A stretch of 64,000 nt of DNA from Camelus dromedarius (lineage: Eukaryota): assembly GCF_036321535.1 (NCBI RefSeq), contig NC_087437.1, positions 49,602,001 through 49,666,000 of the forward strand, given 5' to 3'. Below the pieces are notes generated by a model that was given only the letters and a program-made list of their open reading frames with translations, searched no databases and had not been told where the DNA came from. Below are positions 38,213 through 51,654 of the stretch, in pieces; the first letter of the stretch is position 1; every line of letters starts with the position of its first letter. The position numbers and the translations under genes are program-made.

Positions 38213-39329
38213 TCTTCAGAATAATTTCTTTAGAATTGGGCCCAACATAGATTTCTGAATTGGCAAATTCTAGATAATGGGTGAATAGTTTGGGTGTCTG
38301 TGTGTCAGGTCGGGGAGGGAGAAGTGAACCCTCAGAGCTTCAGGTAATAACACACATTTTATTTCTGTCTCCATTTGGTGGGACTTCCAGAGAAGACAAG
38401 GGAACTACCTTGTGGAGGCCTCACGTTGTTATATGGAAAAGTGACTTTGACATGTGCAAAATCCTGAGAATTATCTTGAAAATCTGTTTTCAGAAAAAAC
38501 AACCCTTTAGTCAGCTGCCCTTCCGATACAGGTGGTCTCCCAGGCAGCTTTTTCTGTGTGAACAAATGAGCAAGTGGAGGAATCTGACTGTTCCATTAGC
38601 GAATAAGCTGCTTTTGCGGAAAAATGCAAACTGGATTAAGGCTGGATTTTCTAAGAAAGAGGATAGGATCTAAGACCTGGAGACTGGTATTTGGTTTTGA
38701 CGTGTACAATACCTTTTTAGCGATTGGTCCAATAAATCCAATAGATGACAGTAGACCTGAAAAGGGAGTCTAGCCAACTCGTCCCCTTGAGAGGAGCATC
38801 TGCAGCTGGTACCATGGGAGCCTGGATGGGCTTGAGGGTTGAGGGCTGGGCGGGGCTGGACTGGGCAAAATTGTGAAGAGGGGGAAACTTGATTTTTTCA
38901 GATGCACTATCATCCCCAACCCAGGCATCCAGCAAATTCTTGGGGGGGTGGCGGTTACTACAACTGGTTTTTCCTCTGAGTTTAGATAGATTGGTTGGGA
39001 TCCTGATTTTAAAAGAAAAAAGAAAGTAGTAAAACAACAAAATCCAATGATGTGTGTACTTATTTGTGATTATAAAGATAGTAGATACTAATTGCAGAAA
39101 ACTTGTAATATTCGGTGAAGAATAAAGATGAGTTACTCTCTGTCCATCACTCAGAGATAAATGACTTATTAGCTTTTCTGATTATTGTATTTCTATCGTA
39201 CATCACACACATTTTGGGTGGGAGTGCCGGGTATCACAGTTGACCCTTGAGGTTATTTTCTACCTTCTCCCCATCAAGATTTATTTGGTCTAAATCTTAT
39301 ACCTTTAAGAGCTTGCTGAATGCTAGAGG

Positions 39330-40418
39330 TAGTCAGTTCTGTTGTAATGTGATTTATATGCACTCCTGAGAATATCCACACTCTGCATAATTGCACAATA
39401 AAAACCATAGAACTTATGAGAAAATGGGATTAAAGGGAAAACACTTAAAAACTTTTTCAGTGACACATAAAAAGATAAGAACTTAATAAAAGTTGTACCT
39501 ATGTCAAATGGTTATAAAATCCATAAATATTACAATAAATATGGCACTTGATCTTGAAAAAGAGCTAGTGTTTACTTGTAGAAGTGGGCCCTGGAAGGGC
39601 TGCCTCTTGTGAGTTGCTGTGCAGTGCTAGAAGGAAAGTTTTCTGAAATCAGTAAAAAGCTGTTATACTAGCTGTGAAAAGGTGTAGCTCCCCATCCTCA
39701 GTTTTGTATTGGCACCAACGATCACAGTTAAGGGATCATTTGCAGCCTTAAATCCTAGAGCATAGTTTTCTGCCTTTGACATGCAGGTCTTTCCAGGTAT
39801 TTGTTCATAATAAAAAACTTTAATCAAAATTAAAAATTTGACCTAATGTATAGCTTCCTTCAATTAACTTTCATACCATGTTTAGAAATTCTTTCGTAGC
39901 TTCCTCATTTACTTGCAGCTTCACAGGACAGCTGAAGGCTTTGGAACTTGTAATGATGTTCAAAGCCACTAAAGCAGCCACTACAAGTATAAAAAGGGAC
40001 CATTTTTGCAGGGTTTGGTGATTTCTGTTTGAGCTCTTTAAGTGTACACGGTACTTTCCTTTGCACGGGCACTGTTTGGCATTTTGAATCAGGACTCTTA
40101 GACAGGTTTGGGATGTTGAGTGAGTTTGTACTGAAAAGCTCAAGAGTGTGAAGAATAGAAAATACAACTTCACAGAATAGCGCATGTGATGAATTGAGGT
40201 AGTTGGTAGTCTGAGGTGTGTGCGTGTGTTTTGTGTATTTCTACCCTTGTTGGTTCTGCTGCACAGAGTTTTCTGTGTTCACTGAGTGTTTCTTGAAGAA
40301 AAAATTGTGCAAAAGCGTATTGTGAAATTTGAGTTATGCTCATACAGTTCCCTAATGTACCAACGGAATTGGAATGTATTAGTGTGGGCAAAAAAAAATG
40401 TTGTAGCAAAACTAACTG
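39330..40418 (-). mobile_element. Tigger13a-like TcMar element with both TIRs and an internal transposase remnant
   Basis: TIRs tagtcagttctgttgtaa / ttgtagcaaaactaactg. Arms are homologous to 8867-9543. Confidence 0.85.
39705..40066 (-). pseudogene. Decayed pogo/Tigger transposase fragment (end of CENP-B-type HTH to start of DDE domain)
   Basis: Hand translation across frameshifts: VQRKVPCTLKELKQKSPNPAKMVPFYTCSGCFSGFEHHYKFQSLQLSCEAAS / NEEATKEFLNMV*KLIEGSYTLGQIFNFD* / FYYEQIPGKTCMSKAENYALGFKAANDPLTVIVGANT. Confidence 0.85.
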
Positions 40419-41054
40419 TGGTCTGACAGACACATTCATAGCAAGGAATGACCAGGTGGCAGAGATCCATTAACCTTTATCTATAGTTTGGAAGTCCGTA
40501 AAACTTGAGAGTAAAAGATTTTTGTTTGTTTGTTTTGTTTTTGTAACTCAGCGAAGGTAAAACTTGATCCAGCTTAGTTTCCTTTGTCACCTGGATTAAA
40601 CCAATGTGTGAGGCCATTTTCTTTATTTGTTTCACTTAGTATAAATATTTATACATTTTGCTGCAGAAAAATGTTTGCATTTGGTAATCAGATGCTATCT
40701 CAGACCCTGCTGGAGATTTAAAAAATTTATGGAATAAGCAGCCTTCTAGTAGCCCCCAAATTCCGAATTCTGAAACACAAATGGACACAAGGGTTTTGGA
40801 TAAAAGGCTGTGGATCCTCAAGGGCCAAAAACGTGTGACTCATTCTCGGTGCTACATCTCCATTTTGACAGGGGCCTTCCTGGCTGGGACATGTAGGGGT
40901 GACCGACCCAGGCAGGTAGGACTCACCCCTTCTTCCCATGTTGGCGCGGTCTTCTCTGCTCCAGAACTCTGTGTTCTAGCCCTTCCCCTTTCCCTGTAGC
41001 TGCTCTTTCTTAGAGTTTCTTAAGCATTTCTCCTCCCATGCCCTTCTCTGAAAT

Positions 41055-41230
41055 CAGTGTTTCTAAAGTGTGATCGGTCCACAGTCCATCCGCATCAGAA
41101 TCATCCAGCAAAATGCAAACTCTCAGGCCTCAGATCAGACTTTCTAAATTAGAAACTCACAGGGTGGGACCCTGTACTTTTAACAATTCCCTCCACAATT
41201 CAGATGCATGTTTAAGCTTGGAGTCCGCTA
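41055..41230. mobile_element. MER5A hAT MITE inside L2
   Basis: cagtgtttctaaagtgtg...gcatcagaatca...gatgcatgtttaagcttggagtccgcta. Confidence 0.75.
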
Positions 41231-41239
41231 CCTTAAATA

Positions 41240-42065
41240 GTAGTCTTTGTCCTTCGCTGTGCTCACCTCTTAGTCTCGCTTTGGTCTCAATCAAGAGCCA
41301 CACATATGCTGACGTATCTGATATCACACATCAGCATGTAACATCTATATTCCTACTCCTGGGCTTCAGACTCCAAGATGCAACTGCTAACTCTGAACTC
41401 TGATGTCCTAGGGGCACTGCAAAATCAACATAGTCAAGCCAGGGCTCACCTCTCCTTACAAGTCAATGAATGGAGCCACGATCATCTCAGTTTCCCCACC
41501 AAAACTCTTAGCGCATCTCTGATTACTCTCTCACTTTCAACTCCCACCCCCTATTTCCACTTCCAAAATATATCTCCAGTCTTTCCACTTTTCTCCTCCC
41601 CCTAACCTAGGCCACCGTCATTTCTTGGCTAGACTATTGCAGTGGTGTGATCTTTCCCTTCCAGACCATCCCTGCCCACTCCATTCTCCATAAGGGACCC
41701 TGGCTGAGTTTCCAAAATGCAAATGGAACATGCCACTCCGAGCTTAAAAACAGCTAAGAGTCTCCCATTATCACTCACTAGAACCCAAACGCTCTAGCAG
41801 GCCTGCAAGGGCCTCCACCTGCATCTCCATGGGCCTGAGCTCTGTGGTGCCCTCCTCCCATGCTTTTAGGGGCATCTCCTGCTTCTCTCTCAGAGCATTC
41901 CTCGGGCTGCATGTCATTACTTGCTTAATTATCCACTTCCTCCCTCATCAGGCTCTAAGCTCCTTGGTAGCAGGACCCTGCCCATCTTGCTTATTATCGA
42001 GAACTCCCATGGAAAGCACCGGGTGAGCAAATGGATAAATGAGTTAAGTTGGCATGTATGGATGT
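41240..42065 (+). mobile_element. L2 LINE 3' region
   Basis: ttccaaaatatatctccag...tttcttggctagactattgcag...ctaagctccttggtagcaggaccc. Confidence 0.75.
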
Positions 42066-42694
42066 GAGGGCAAGGGTGGGGGTCTTCTCTGCTTCTCAAG
42101 CAATACCCTTGAGGAGGGCTGGCCAATTCAATTGAGTTCAAGACAACTCAATTTAACAAACAGTTATTATTGAGTATTTATTATGCTCTATTGGGCATGT
42201 CACAGAGTTGGAGAAGACAAGGCCTCTGCCCTCAAAGACCACTGCCCTAACCTAACCTGTCACTTGCTGGCATCCCGCTGTTTGTGGACAGATAGCCCAG
42301 AATCACAATGCCACGGGTGCCCTGACTTCAGGAGCTGCCTGATGCCTCTGTTCCCCGCCTGATGCCTGGTCTGCCCCCACTTCAGGTGTTGGCCCCAAAA
42401 CTGCCTGTATTTGCCATGTTTGTTAGCAGGAGAAAAAACTGTGGAATGACTGGATTCTCTAAAGGAATTCCAATCCCCCACTGCTCTGTGCTCTTGGCCG
42501 TGGGGAGACAAACAATTTCCACACAAGATGACATTTCATGGCAGACATTACAGCAGGAGCAGGAGTGAGGCAGAAATCTCACTTCCACCATTTAATAGCC
42601 AGTTAATGGGCAAATCTTGATTTTGTTCATGTATAAACAGAGATCATAATGGTCACCTCATAGTTTTTTTGTGATTATTAATGCTATTAACAAA

Positions 42695-42932
42695 AAATAA
42701 TAATGTCTAAGATTGATAGTGTGCTTACAACATGCTGGGCGTTGTCCTAAGGGCTTACCTCATTTAGTCTTTGTGACAATCCTAAGTGGTAGATACTAAT
42801 GCAATCACGTTACAGGTGAGGATCGTGAAGCTTGAGTAACTTTCCCGTGCCAACAGTGAGCAAGCGGAAGGGCTAGAATTTCATCCAGGCAGCCTGGCTC
42901 CAGAGTTCATGCCCTCACTCACTACGCTATCT
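42695..42932 (-). mobile_element. MIR SINE
   Basis: ttacaggtgaggatcgtgaagcttgagtaac...ccaggcagcctggctccagag. Confidence 0.8.
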
Positions 42933-44255
42933 CCTTGGGGTTGAGGTTAATTGACGATGTGGATAAAATCTCTAGTCTCTTATTGGGGGAAAATAGCAAA
43001 ACATTTTTTAAAGGGATTTATTTTATTTATTTTAATTCTCTAGTTTTTCCAGGGCCTGGAGTGGATGCTCAAAAAAGCACATTTTCTAATTCCACAGAAT
43101 AAATAGATGCTATTAAAAATAACATGCCATCCTTCTTCTTATTTTTTCTTTAGCTTTCTCTGCCTGTTTTACTGATGTGTTAACTGCTACACGTAGTTGG
43201 ACTCCATGTGGTCTGGTCTCACAGATGTCCAGCCCTTCCGACAGTTGGATGGAGTAACTGTGTATATTGAGGAGGGGAGAGGGGCAAACATACATCCTTT
43301 AGTTACTTGTTAAAGGAGCTGGCTAGATTAGCAGTCAAGATAATTCTTAAGCCTAGGGGCTGTCTTCAATCCAAAGTTTTGCTCTATTTAATATACTGTT
43401 ATATTGATTACATGGTATACCCGAAGAAATTTTACACCATGATAAGAGTTTTATCTAAGTGCTTACAGGCAGTGACTATAAAGGAAAATGATAATTTACT
43501 GTGTAGTCAAAAGGGAGTTATACCTTTGTTTAAAAATTATTTTATTCATTCACAAACATGCAATATCTTATTTGCTAATAATATCTAGGTTCTAAGAATT
43601 TTAGTATATTACTGATGGAATGTGGCTAACATCCATTATGTGAAAATGTTTCTCTAACCTTACTTCTGTGGGCTTTGAGCTTTTTTGTGCAACTGTAGGG
43701 CTCCACTCTGATGAGACACATTTTGGGGAGATAAATAGTTGAACCAAAGGTCCATCTTAGCATATATTTGATCTTACTGGAGGTCAAATCATCAATTTTC
43801 CTTAGTAACACCTGGCTTAAAATAACTGAGGCCCTCTACCTACATATTTGTATTGTATCCTTTCAAAGAAAGATTGGGTATAGTGGCAGAAATATAAGAA
43901 ATTATTCTGTAACTTTATAACTTTATGTATATTTATATATTGATGCTCATTAAAGTCTAGATTAAAATATGATTCATTGTCATAAATAGGTCCATCGGCA
44001 AAAGATACATTTTGTGAAACGTAAATATAAATGCTGCAGCATTGAAAGAGGTTAAACACTTTCAGATTCATATTTAGACATCAACCTACTTGCAGGCAGG
44101 TTCTGAAGTACAGAAAAAGCCCCTAAAAAAGTGTGTGAAAACACATGTGCAAGATTGCAGAGCTAGTAAGACTAGACATGAGATTTAGAGAAACTGGTAT
44201 TGGAGGAATACGGGCCATCTGTAACTTGGAACACGGCTAGAGGTGTCTCAGGTGG

Positions 44256-44630
44256 TGTTACGGGCTGAACTGCGTTCCCCCCAAATTCATATGCTTAACT
44301 CCTAGCCCCCAGTTCCTCAGGATGTGACTGTATTTGGAGCCATGGCTTTTAAAAGGGTAATTAAGTTAAAATGAGATAATGAGAGTAGGCCCCACTCCAG
44401 TAATGACCGGTGTCCTCCTAAGAAGAGATTACAGCACAGACATACACAGAAGAAAGGCCACGTGAAGACAAAGGGAGGAGGCCATCTACATGCCAAGGGG
44501 GGAGGCCTCAGAGGAAACCAGCCCTTGATCTCCGACTTCTTGGCTCTAGAATTATGAGGAAATAAATTTCTATTTTTCAAGCTATCCAATCTGTGGCACT
44601 TTGCTATGGCAGCCCTAGCAAACTAATACA
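44256..44630 (+). mobile_element. MaLR solo LTR (MLT1B-like)
   Basis: tgttacgggctgaactg...aataaatttct...ggcagccctagcaaactaataca, with TG...CA ends and an AATAAA. Confidence 0.9.
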
Positions 44631-44849
44631 CATGGTTTTACCACGTCACACCCCTTGACGCTTTTGCCTTAGTTTTTGAAGAGATAAGCATTGTTTCAAC
44701 TTCTAGTACTTGATTCGGCTCAGAATATACATGACTCAGAATAGCTGACAAGTCACAAGAGTTTCATTCCTGTATTGTAGTGTTAGCTGAGTCAAGTTTG
44801 ATGCTGAGAGACTTTGTATATATCTTCAAGTTTATCCTTGAACAGAAAC

Positions 44850-45240
44850 AAAGAAAGGATGCTCATGATATTTATTTGTAGGTGGTGAGAAACCAGAGAG
44901 CACAGTCAATTCCAAATCAACTTGATTGGTTGAACAAAGAGCTGAACTGAAGTAGAGGAAAATGCAAAAGAGATAAATACAAGTTCTTGAACTTGGATTT
45001 TGAAATGCCAATTGCACAAGAACAGGGAGGGGAAAAATTGTTAAACAATAGTGTGTATTGAAAGCTCATTATGAGTCAACTGAACAATAAGGATGCCCCC
45101 AAATCCAATGTGCTTATAAACCACCATTTCTGGGATCCTGATTTTCTGAGGTGCTTTAGGAAGTGGCGAGTTTCCCATTGCTGAAGGTGCCCAGGCAATG
45201 ACTGAGTGATCAGTTCTCAGGCATGTGTTGGAGGGCTCAT
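44850..45240 (+). mobile_element. L3/CR1 LINE fragment
   Basis: aattccaaatcaacttgattggttgaac...gataaatacaagttcttgaacttgg...aagctcattatgagtcaac corresponds to the CR1 RT C-terminal region. Confidence 0.6.
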
Positions 45241-45936
45241 AGTTAACTTGAAGACACACTGGTGGTTGAAGTTAAACTCACACTAAATTTTTGCCTGAGG
45301 AATTGAAGACCTCCTGTCCCACACAGCTGAGTTTTTGCTATTGCTGTCTTTTAAATATGAGGAAGACTCAGGGAAGGAAATAGAGATAGCTCTGAAAGCC
45401 AATGACACCAACATTAACTTGTCTTTATCTCCAATTATTTCCATCTTCCCTTGAAGGAAATTGTTTCTTTAAATGGGGATTTGGAAACAGTGGTCTTTGG
45501 CTGTATAGAGAGTCCATCCAGTCTGACAACTCCAGATATTGACTGAATTTGATTTATTCTGAAGTATCTTAAATGCTGATATGTTCATCTTGATTTTATC
45601 TCTAACCTCTGTTGCTTTTAGGATAACCAGAAAGAGACTGGGCTATAAAACATGTGTTTACCTGTGTTGACTAGTGTGATCTTATGCTGGGAAAAGTCTC
45701 CATTTTAATAAGCTTTAAACAAAAAATTCTACCTTAGGTGCTAATTAGAATCTAAATTCAGGTGTTAACCTCTTTGACTGAAAGTGCATGTTGAGTAATT
45801 GCAGGAAAGGGGCCAATTTCAGGCACAGCAGTAATTACTGAATTAGTAGAAAAGTTCAAGTAGGGCTTCAGATTTCAGATCATTACTGAGCTTTCTGAGG
45901 AACAGCTAATCCTGGAGTGACTGGGCTTCTCACACC

Positions 45937-45984
45937 TGTGCGCGCGCGCTTTGTGTGTGTGCGTGTGTGTGTGTGTGCGTGTGT
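45937..45984. repeat. (CG)n/(TG)n alternating purine-pyrimidine tract
   Basis: tgtgcgcgcgcgc followed by a tg/cg run. Confidence 0.9.
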
Positions 45985-46754
45985 AAGCGTGAGTGAGCCT
46001 GCAGGGAGCCCAGTTAAATTTCAAAGAAATAACCTTACAAATGACCATGGAATTAGATACTAATATTTCTTGGTATTTAAAATATAATTTTAAAGACTTC
46101 TGAATGACCTTTAATGCTTTTCCTTTTTACTTCAATATATTCCTATGTAGAAAAAAAAGCAGAATCTATTTAATTGGATAAAATGGCTTCATTCTTAAAG
46201 TTGAGTCTCTTGCATTATTTATTTCTTACTGTCCTGGAATTAGACTTTGATATGCCAGGGACTATCCACCTCTGCTGTATACTCTACATTTGGGGCCTGA
46301 GTGAATTTGGCTGTTGCTGTGGGTTGTCTAAGCTCTTCAACCAAATGCGGTGATGCTCTCCAATGACATAAGCGAGGAAAACATATGGGAAACTGCAGCT
46401 GCCTTGTTTGTCGGTACATGGAGTTCTGTTCAGTCATGCTATTGTCTTGCAAACAAAATCTAATGGCCCTAAGTAGAAACAAGATCCATACAGACAAAAA
46501 TCAACCCAGATCTTTAGGGCACAAAGTAGCTTATGTCCTCTTTCATTATGGTGACTGTATCTTCACTTCTGAGTGTAATTTCAAGCATTAGCTCTGATTT
46601 ATAAAGTGCTAAATGGTCTATAGTCTTGTAAAGAGCTTCTTGCTTACTGTAGGCATAATGATGAATTATTAGCATCTATTCACTGACCTCAAAAGTAAAA
46701 CTGGAAATTCGGAGTCTTGGAACTCCTTATTGGCATTTTTCAAGAAGACTGTCA

Positions 46755-46899
46755 TTTATTTATTTATTTATTTATTTACTTACTTACTTACTTACTTAAT
46801 TTATTTATTTATTTATATTGAAGTGCAGTCAGTTACAGTGTGTCGATTTCTGGTGCACAGCACAATGTCCCTGTCAAGAATATACACACATATATTCAT
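46755..46899 (-). mobile_element. Very short L1 3' end with (TTTA)/(TTAC)n tail
   Basis: attgaagtgcagtcagttaca...tttctggtgcacagc is the reverse complement of the L1 terminus at 26100-26165. Imperfect TSD caagaagactgtca / caaggagcctttca. Confidence 0.8.
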
Positions 46900-47689
46900 C
46901 AAGGAGCCTTTCAAAGTGAGAGTTCAACTAGACACCATCATTGAAGCATTAGTTTCTAGTGTGTGAAATGTGTAATGTAAAGAAACATGCAACAGACTTC
47001 ATGCCCTAAAGAGAGCTCATAATCAAGTAAGTTATAAACATGTGTGAAGTGAAATAGGAACATCACATAGAAAAGATAGCCTAAAACATGAACAAGCCTA
47101 GCTTTTCATCAGTGTAGAACTAGATACACATTTTATGAGACATCTATAGAATGGGATACTGTTTACCCACTAAGAAGAATTAGGGCGCTCTGGATATATT
47201 AGGATATAAAGAGCCTCAAGGTGTATTATTTTAGATTAAGAAAAGCAAAATAATAGGTATTATTTTACTTTTACAAGTTTTTAGAGGAAAAGGATATCTA
47301 TAAATGTATGTGTATGCTTAGACAAGCATAGTTTTTAAAAAATGCCCTACAAGAAATATGATAGAAGTTACTTTTGGGGAGATGGACTGGGGATAATTGT
47401 AGGAGGTATGGAATGTGTGTGTAAAGGAAGAATTGCTTTTATTTATACTTTTTGGCATTTTTAAAAAATATTTTTATATATTGATTTTCCTTTAAGATAT
47501 GTCAGTTTTAAAAAGGCACACAAGAGGCAGACTATGATTAGAAGTAAAATAAGGTGGCACGGTGTTCATTATCAAATGAATCTTATGGGCAGTAAGCATC
47601 AAAGACATTCAAGGGAGAAAGAGATCACTAGATGAGCTTCTGAAGAATTACCATAATAATAAAGTCCACTAATGGGTCTGTGCCAAGAG

Positions 47690-49020
47690 CGTTGTTGATC
47701 TATTTCCATCTGGTGCAGTTACTGTCCTTATTGATGCTCAGTTTATCCCTTCTTCAGCCAGTGGAAGCCTCTTCAGGTTGGCTCCTGGGTCCTTCTGATA
47801 CAACCTCAGTAATCTTTGATAGAGTCTTTGTTTTCTGGTGTGACAAGATGTTCCAGGATTATCTTACACAATTTCTACCCCAGACATGGAATTGAGAATC
47901 TCTAGAGAGCACTGGTCCATTTTAATGGGAAATGGTATTTAGAGAGCACTGTCTGGACACTAGTGGTGCTTATTGCTACTGGGTTGGTCATTCTGTCTAG
48001 GCCTTTTTTCAGGAGATATATATATATCTTTGAGATAAAATATATAGGTTCATACCGATACTTGCAATTCAGATCCAGAAGTTTTTCTTAACCACACTGA
48101 TCTTACATATTTATCTTTTTATTCATACTGAAAATTCAAGTTTTCAGATACACAAATATAACTATATAATAGTTTGGGGTTAACAATACCAACACTACTA
48201 TTGCTACTATAATATAATTAGTGAAAACTGCTGTCCTTAGACTATATCCTGCTAAACATATAGTCACATAACTGTGTTGTGAAAGTCATTTGGAATAGTT
48301 CCTCTCTGTAAGGTTATGCCATTTATACACTGAGGTTCATTTGTTTCATTTTACTTTTGAGTTTTTCAGAGATTGCATTTTAAAATTGAATTTTGCTTAG
48401 TGATTATGTAAAATGTTAACTTGGCTTCAAAGTCAAGTCTATAAAACAATATATGTTCAGAAATGTCTAGCCATTATGTCTTCTGCCCTATAAGTAATCT
48501 TTACAAGTTTTTATTTTATGACTGATCTTTCCCTTGTTTTATTTTTAATATAATCAAATGAGTATTCTTAGAGAAATGGAAACATCTAACTTAACAATGT
48601 ATCATGGAGAGCACAACACAATAATAAGTAAAGATATTCATTTCTTTTTACAGCATCTTTTATAACGGTTTGTTATCTCTGACGTTAATAATAATAGCTT
48701 TCTACTTGCCTTTTTTTTTTTAGTTTGGTTTAGCTTTCTAGATATTTAATATTAATTTATCTTCACATACTCCCCAGTTGTCCAGCTCTTTCGTTCATGT
48801 ATTTAAGCACAACAGGTACTCAATCAATTTCATATTCTTGGATTCATTCTCCCAGAGTCTGCCACCAGCTGTAACCTGCACAGACAGTTCCCCTGGTCTG
48901 CTACACAACTGTTGTCCTCTATAATCTCCCTTCACCATCATCCTGGGAATTTTCTCATTTTTATTGAGTAAAATCACTTGCTTACTGGTTCTCCTGTCAC
49001 CTTCTTTCTTGCTTCACTCC
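47690..49020 (-). mobile_element. Old L1 (L1MC4/5-like) 3' region
   Basis: gccagtggaagcctcttcaggttggctcctgggtcc...gacaagatgttccagg...gggaaatggtatttagag. Confidence 0.75.
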
Positions 49021-51654
49021 CTTATTTGAACTCACAAACTTTAGCTTGATACTGTGATGAGGTTCCTAACTCTTATTCACGCTGCATCATTTACCATCAC
49101 CCAAAGATGGAGATGTTACCGGAACATCACTTGAATGACTTGTTCTTACCCAGTGCATCCCCTGATGTGCTTTTAAATGGCTCTTAACTTGTGCAATGTA
49201 TAAGTGTTCCACAACCTGATTTGGATTCCCTCCCTTACTCAGGAAGGCCATGACTTAAGGCTGTCTCCATGACAATTAACTAGAAGAGTCATTTGCTCCA
49301 AGTTCAGATTGCTCCTTTGCCTACTGCAGAGGAGTTTCTGATATAACAGAAGCAAAGCCTTGCAACAGACTGAAAAACTTGATAGCCGTTTTATGTACTC
49401 GGTAGAAGAAGTATGAAACGCAGCCTGAACAAAGGCTTGATTGTGTCTGAAGATCTTGGAACGTGATTGTTTGCATCAGGTTATCAGTGTATTTGTGGAG
49501 ACCATGTGAGTCTATGATAGTTATGATATCTTGTTATCGATAGAGCATGGTTTTCTCATATGGGTAAAATAAAATTCCCAGGATTGTTTAAAATAATGAG
49601 GGTGTATAAGCTACTTGTGTTTAAAGCAAGCAAGCAAACAAATAAACAAATAACACCAACAAAATCATTGTTAAATGAGAGATGCACGCATGGATGGATG
49701 GGTGCAGCAGGAAGAAGAGGAAAGCAGTTCACTGGCAGGCTTTGGGTTATGTATTTCAGTAACGTATAGGGTTTGTGGTTTATAACATCATCAAAGTCGT
49801 ACAATAGCATCATATCCCTGAGAGTTGTGCAGTTATCTCTCCCTTTCTCTTTCTTTTCTTCACATACAATGGGGGGATCTAAGTCTGGATCCCTGCCCTA
49901 CCCAGGACATTTCCTCTTTGTGGCATGTGAGCCGTTACCAACGCTAAGATTTACTGCTTTGGGGATCGGTTCTGAACAAATGTTCCAAACAGCCATCTGC
50001 CTCAGGCAAGGTAATTTTGGACAAATTCAACAAGACTTCAAAGGAAGCCACCTACGACAATGCCTAAGGAGGATAAAGACCTGATTTAAATGAATGTATT
50101 GCAATTAGTGGGTATTTACTTTATATGTTGCCAAGTTCTGATAGCTTTCTCTAACCCTTAGGGAAATAATATATATGTCTACTTCTAGTGAGCTGAAGAA
50201 ACGGGATATGTACTTCCCGGAGAGACAGGTGTTGTGAATATACACAGATCTAAAGGAGAGAAAAGACAAAAAGTCTGTGAAAGCTGGAGACAAAGAATAA
50301 ATGCAATGCTTGTTTTGGAGGGAAAAAAAAATAGTAAGCGGTGTTCTCCCAGGATCCCTCTCCCTGAAAAAGAGACAGACCTTTTTCTGCAAAAGTCTGT
50401 CTTCTTTGAAAACAGCTTGTAATAACTAAAGAAAATAAGGAGGAGGCAACATTTAATACAGAGAAATGTGGAAACTCCACTTATCAGTTAAAGGAGTCTT
50501 GGACCACCAAGCTGATTTCAGCACATCCTGAAGTGCTGTGAGTTTAATCCAATCATTCAGCATGAAGCATTCCAGCAGAAGAGGAAATTAAGGATTAAAC
50601 AGTGGTAGAAGAATGAGAAATGAGACGCTGGATGTATAGTCTGAGTGGACTTTAATCAAATCAAGCCAGAAACAGACCAAAATGGAAATCTGATAGCCCA
50701 GTGTTCTCATGTTGAGGTCCACAGTTTCTTTCCAGATCTTACACTTAAAAGTGAGGTTTGGTGTAAGAATTGTTGCAGGAAAAGACCAGCGTGTTCTCTT
50801 ACCATTTCTCATAGGAAGAATGAATGTTGTGAGAAAGCCCCAAGTTTAGTCAAGAAGGACTATATGGAGACTCCTGTATGGGGGTGGGGGTGGGGGCAGA
50901 AGGAGCTACATGCCAAACCCTTCCCTACTCTGACTTTTCTTTGCCCTAAAAAGATCCCAAAGAGAGGAAAAGCGAAATACACTCACTCTAGTCTGTGTTC
51001 CTGTGGATTTCAGACAATAGACAATTAAGCAAATAGTATTTCACTGAAAAATCTACTTCAAGACAGATTAAAAGCAGGTCTAAAATCAGTAGAAGTCTGT
51101 TAATCAATCCGTCGGCCTTACTCAGATTGAAAAACCTGATTTATGTAGACAATTGCCAGCCTTCCCTTCCACTGGAGCCCAAGCCGTATAACCCCATGAT
51201 GCATGTGACTGACCTCTTGCTGAATTACGGACTCAAACAAAATCATATTTTGATGTTTAGAACTTATTTGACAGATGAAAACACTTTCTAAAACTAGCCT
51301 GTAACAAAAAATAACCTGCTCAACCGTCCTTTTGATAATGTTACTAGCTGAAACACATTTCCCCATCTTTATTACTAGATATGCTATGAACAAGAGGCAC
51401 GTTTTCCCGTCTGTGGCAGAGTTTCTCCTTGCTGTCCTGCAGCGTTCTAGTCCGGATGCTCCACCGTCCCCCCTGTATTTCTGAGATTTCTGGGACAATT
51501 GCTGTCTGATTACTGGTGTTTTGAGGAAGGGGGAAGAAGAAAGAGAAACTCGTCTAGGGGTGGGGAGTGAGGCTTCTGACGGCACTGAGACTACGTTAAT
51601 CAGTCTTAAACCATCTTGACATGTGCTCGTGTTTGAAATGTAGGTGTCTTTTAG

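Noticed and set aside
39871..40185. 104-aa ORF as a domesticated transposase
   Set aside because: Only its last residues are in the transposase frame; the remnant has stops and frameshifts.
40872..40915. Possible 44-nt exon with CAG/gtagga donor
   Set aside because: The acceptor is weak; unsupported without transcript data.
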